Assembly (NCBI RefSeq): GCF_000039765.1
Contig: NC_004459.3
Span: 2,001,127-2,033,126, forward strand
Source of the DNA: Vibrio vulnificus CMCP6
GTDB lineage: Bacteria; Pseudomonadota; Gammaproteobacteria; Enterobacterales; Vibrionaceae
Direction of reading: 5' to 3'
Length of the DNA stretch: 32,000 nucleotides
Numbering within the stretch: position 1 is the stretch's first letter; every line of letters starts with the position of its first letter. The translations under genes were made by a program, and so were the position numbers. This document shows positions 29,577-32,000 of this stretch, in pieces. The notes beneath the pieces are model-generated. The model was not told the origin of the DNA, ran no database searches, and saw nothing but the letters and a program-made list of their open reading frames with translations.

Positions 29577-29807
29577 CTAATCCAGTAAGTCAGTTCGATC
29601 TTTGGGTAAAAGATCAGTCACTTCACAATCGAGGACTCGAGCTAGCTGATAAAGCTTTTCAACTGTGATTCGAACGCCATCTCTTTCTACCTTACCTAAG
29701 TAACCTCGACTAAAGCCCGCCTTGATACTCGCATCGGAGCTTGATAGTCCGATTTTTGTTCGTTTATCAATGATATTTTGAGCTATTTCTTTTGCTAAAT
29801 TATTCAT
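29577..29807 (-). CDS. XRE-family HTH regulator
   Basis: IIDKRTKIGLSSSDASIKAGFSRGYLGKVERDGVRITVEKLYQLARVLDCEVTDLL. Confidence 0.85.
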   Translation of the reverse strand: MNNLAKEIAQNIIDKRTKIGLSSSDASIKAGFSRGYLGKVERDGVRITVEKLYQLARVLDCEVTDLLPKDRTDLLD

Positions 29808-29872
29808 ATCGTTACATGACGAAGTTTCTTTTCAGTTTACATCAGTGATTGAATTGACTCCATGATAATCAC

Positions 29873-29930
29873 TTGACTTAAACACGGGCGGGTAATATAT
29901 TACCCAATATGGATTGGATAATATATTATT
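29873..29930 (+). promoter_or_regulatory. Promoter plus tandem palindromic operators
   Basis: TTGACT (29873-29878), 17-nt spacer, TATATT (29896-29901); perfect 16-bp palindrome GGGTAATATATTACCC (29890-29905) and 12-bp palindrome ATAATATATTAT (29918-29929) sharing core TAATATATTA. Confidence 0.75.
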
Positions 29931-29948
29931 CATTTGATAAGGAAGTAT

Positions 29949-30473
29949 ATGAGAGTAGGTACTAAAGAGTTGTACAAAATCGGTTTGGAAACTCTTCAGC
30001 ATTATGAGCAAGAAGAGTACTTCAGCTTGTTTAGTTACCGAAAGCTTTTGAGGCCTTTTCTCGAGACGCATTACTGCATTGATGAACATATTGAGCGTTT
30101 TAATAATCAGTCTTATCGAATTTTGAAAATACTAGAACAGGAAGGGAAGGTTGTGCGATTAAGTCCCCCTCGAATAAATAACGCTCAATTTGTTGCAGTC
30201 GGAGGCACAAAAGTCACACAAGAAAAGCATAGAGTAGGCCAAGGGTATTTAGAGTCTGAGCTAGTTAGCGAAGAGCGACAATACCAAGATCAGTTGAACA
30301 CTAAACTTGTTGAAATTAATGACCAAATAGTTGCGCATAAAGAACTGCTGGATCTATTTCCAGTTCATGGTGAACATTTGAACAACGAAATAGAAAAGCT
30401 AGAGCGTGAAGCATTACTTACTGAATATAAGAAAGAAATTATGGGGAAGATTATTAATCAAGAGAAACGCTAA
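29949..30473 (+). CDS. Hypothetical protein with coiled-coil C-terminus
   Basis: ATG at 29949 preceded by aaggaag RBS (ORF track start 29934 is a TTG); MRVGTKELYKIGLETLQHYEQEEYFSLFSYRKLLRPFLE... Confidence 0.65.
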   Translation: MRVGTKELYKIGLETLQHYEQEEYFSLFSYRKLLRPFLETHYCIDEHIERFNNQSYRILKILEQEGKVVRLSPPRINNAQFVAVGGTKVTQEKHRVGQGYLESELVSEERQYQDQLNTKLVEINDQIVAHKELLDLFPVHGEHLNNEIEKLEREALLTEYKKEIMGKIINQEKR

Positions 30474-30554
30474 TCGTACATAAGGGTGGTTCTCGACCTG
30501 CGGTCCGCACTATAGGAACTAGCACCAGGTTCGGAATTGGACTCTCTTTGTAGT

Positions 30555-30574
30555 CATTCCCATGCGTGGGAATG
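30555..30574. repeat. REP-like hairpin CATTCCCA-tgcg-TGGGAATG
   Basis: Perfect 8-bp stem; sequence-related to hairpin at 30964-30989. Confidence 0.6.
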
Positions 30575-30963
30575 AGCCAGCGGTTCGATAGTGATTTGTG
30601 AGATGTTATGGGATCTTGCTTTAGTGTGTGGGGTAAATTTCGCAACTTTCAATAAATAAGCTTTGTTCGGCTGCAAACTCTTCGAGAATTGAGTCGACGA
30701 TGTTGACGTAGTTGGAATAGCGACTGAAAAAAACGAAACATGAGTCTTCTCACTGTTGAGCATAGCGCGAACCTTGTTCATTCCGTTGTCTACATAAAAT
30801 TGACCTTTGCGATCTCACTGGACGACATTTTGTCCATTAAACTTCGTCCTAGATAAAACGTTCAGTATTTCACTTGTGTCCATCTGCGGGGGTGGGGCTA
30901 ACTTCTTACGGCATTGAGGCATTGCTAATTTCAGTTATCTCGAATAGATAAGAAGATATCATA

Positions 30964-30989
30964 CCTATTCCCAATCGTGGGAATAGGTT
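30964..30989. repeat. Hairpin ACCTATTCCCA-atcg-TGGGAATAGGT, possible terminator of the downstream minus-strand gene
   Basis: Perfect 11-bp stem, 4-nt loop, just past the 31014 gene end; shares ATTCCCA/TGGGAAT with 30555-30574. Confidence 0.6.
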
Positions 30990-31013
30990 ATCGTGATGCA
31001 AAGTGTATTATTT

Positions 31014-31805
31014 TTAGCTTGGATGCCGTTTGTTGGTAGTTTTAGAAAACTCGCCGCGCTCTTCTAAGCGACCTTCTAAGTTAGCTTTCTTGATAAGCGT
31101 TTCTTGCAAGAGGGCAGCAGTTCGCTCAAGTTCTTTTCTCATATTCTGATTTTCAGATTTAATCTTCGCATTGTTGTCTTCTAAAATCGCGTTTTCACGC
31201 TGTAAGGCAAATGAAGAGTCTGAACTGGCTTGCAAAGTTGAGGCTCTGTTTTCAAGTACGCTCACTTCGGTTTTTAAGCGCTCATTGTCGATCTTTAGTT
31301 CACTAAGTTGCGCAGGTAGTTCTTTCAGCTCATCAAGTTTGTCTTGAAGCTCTTCGACCAGCTCACTGGATTGTAATGCTTGTAGGCGTTTCTGTTCAGA
31401 ACAGTGTTCAGCTATCTTTACTCGACTTTCTACAATACTAGCAATGTCACTCTCTACAGCTTGCCACAAAGCCGCTATGTCGAGTTTTAGTGCAGTTTCT
31501 AGCGGGCTGGAAAACCACTGGGGAACTTCTCGATTATATCGATTCGCATTAGGTTGAGCAGAATCGAGTATTTGAAATGCTATTTGAGCTTTTACATACC
31601 TCCCACCAACCGCGGCTTGTAATTGGGCTGGGTTCTCAAAACATTTTCCTTCCGCTTTTGCAGCTTCGTAAGCGTCAAGCATCACGTCGAAGGTAATGCC
31701 TTTATCGGGATCTTTGTTCGCGTTATGCATCTCTTGAATAAATTGCTGTTTAAGCTTGGTACGTAAGTCTGTAATGTAAGTGCGTTCGTTAGTTTGTATG
31801 TTCAT
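31014..31805 (-). CDS. Coiled-coil KfrA-like DNA-binding protein
   Basis: N-terminal ITFDVMLDAYEAAKAEGKCFENPAQLQAAVGGRYVKAQIAFQIL followed by a long heptad-rich region; weak family assignment. Confidence 0.45.
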   Translation of the reverse strand: MNIQTNERTYITDLRTKLKQQFIQEMHNANKDPDKGITFDVMLDAYEAAKAEGKCFENPAQLQAAVGGRYVKAQIAFQILDSAQPNANRYNREVPQWFSSPLETALKLDIAALWQAVESDIASIVESRVKIAEHCSEQKRLQALQSSELVEELQDKLDELKELPAQLSELKIDNERLKTEVSVLENRASTLQASSDSSFALQRENAILEDNNAKIKSENQNMRKELERTAALLQETLIKKANLEGRLEERGEFSKTTNKRHPS

Positions 31806-31818
31806 TCACTTACACCCC

Positions 31819-32000
31819 TTAGTACGGTAGCTCTGTTGTTTGTTCTTCGAGCCATCTTTCAATAGTCTCTCGTTCCCAGCCCACAATTCGCGTGCTGATT
31901 GCACGAGCTGGCGGGAGACGACCTTCTTTGCGCCAGCGCCACACAGTCACTTTACTTATATTTAGGTACGTAGCTAAGTCGCTAACTCTTATAAATTTTC
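31819..32000 (-). CDS. AlpA/excisionase-like MerR-type HTH protein, truncated at window edge
   Basis: Frame reads ...KFIRVSDLATYLNISKVTVWRWRKEGRLPPARAISTRIVGWERETIERWLEEQTTELPY*; not in the ORF track. Confidence 0.75.
   Translation of the reverse strand, partial: KFIRVSDLATYLNISKVTVWRWRKEGRLPPARAISTRIVGWERETIERWLEEQTTELPY

Noticed and set aside
30554-30781. 75-aa minus-strand ORF MNKVRAMLNSEKTHV...AHSHAWE
   Set aside because: Its end runs through the REP-like hairpin and composition is not coding-like; treated as non-coding or decayed.
14678-32000. CRISPR array or retron-like element
   Set aside because: No regularly spaced direct repeats, cas genes, or reverse transcriptase motif seen by eye in the window.

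Overview
The window is Vibrio-like gammaproteobacterial chromosome (1-14.5 kb) joined to an accessory defense-type island (14.5-32 kb). The core side carries 'ybaB, recR, DUF2860-like OMP + lipoprotein, RstA/RstB-like two-component system, aqpZ, YkgJ- and YcgN-like Cys-cluster proteins, monooxygenase, VOC/glyoxalase, alkaline phosphatase, ChaN-like lipoprotein, rlmA, folD'. The island starts directly after a tRNA-Arg(TCT) next to folD and runs past the right edge. It contains: (i) a tightly packed minus-strand operon that reads as a type II-short CBASS: CD-NTase, stand-alone E2-like protein with a candidate catalytic Cys, and a 2TM-SAVED effector. It also has an unusual fourth gene, a CoiA-like double-zinc-finger protein, and a divergent WYL/CapW-like regulator. 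(ii) A type I R-M system whose hsdM-hsdS pair is separated from hsdR by about 4 kb of cargo. That cargo includes a P-loop kinase/nucleotidyltransferase fusion protein followed, in the same reading frame after one stop codon, by a MATE-like transporter, plus two unlisted microprotein ORFs. (iii) An Xre regulator with tandem palindromic operators over the promoter of an unknown coiled-coil gene, a coiled-coil KfrA-like gene, and a partial AlpA-like HTH at the right edge. The best candidates for undescribed biology are the fourth CBASS-operon gene and the kinase-NTase/MATE module. All assignments come from reading motifs by eye; no database search was run.
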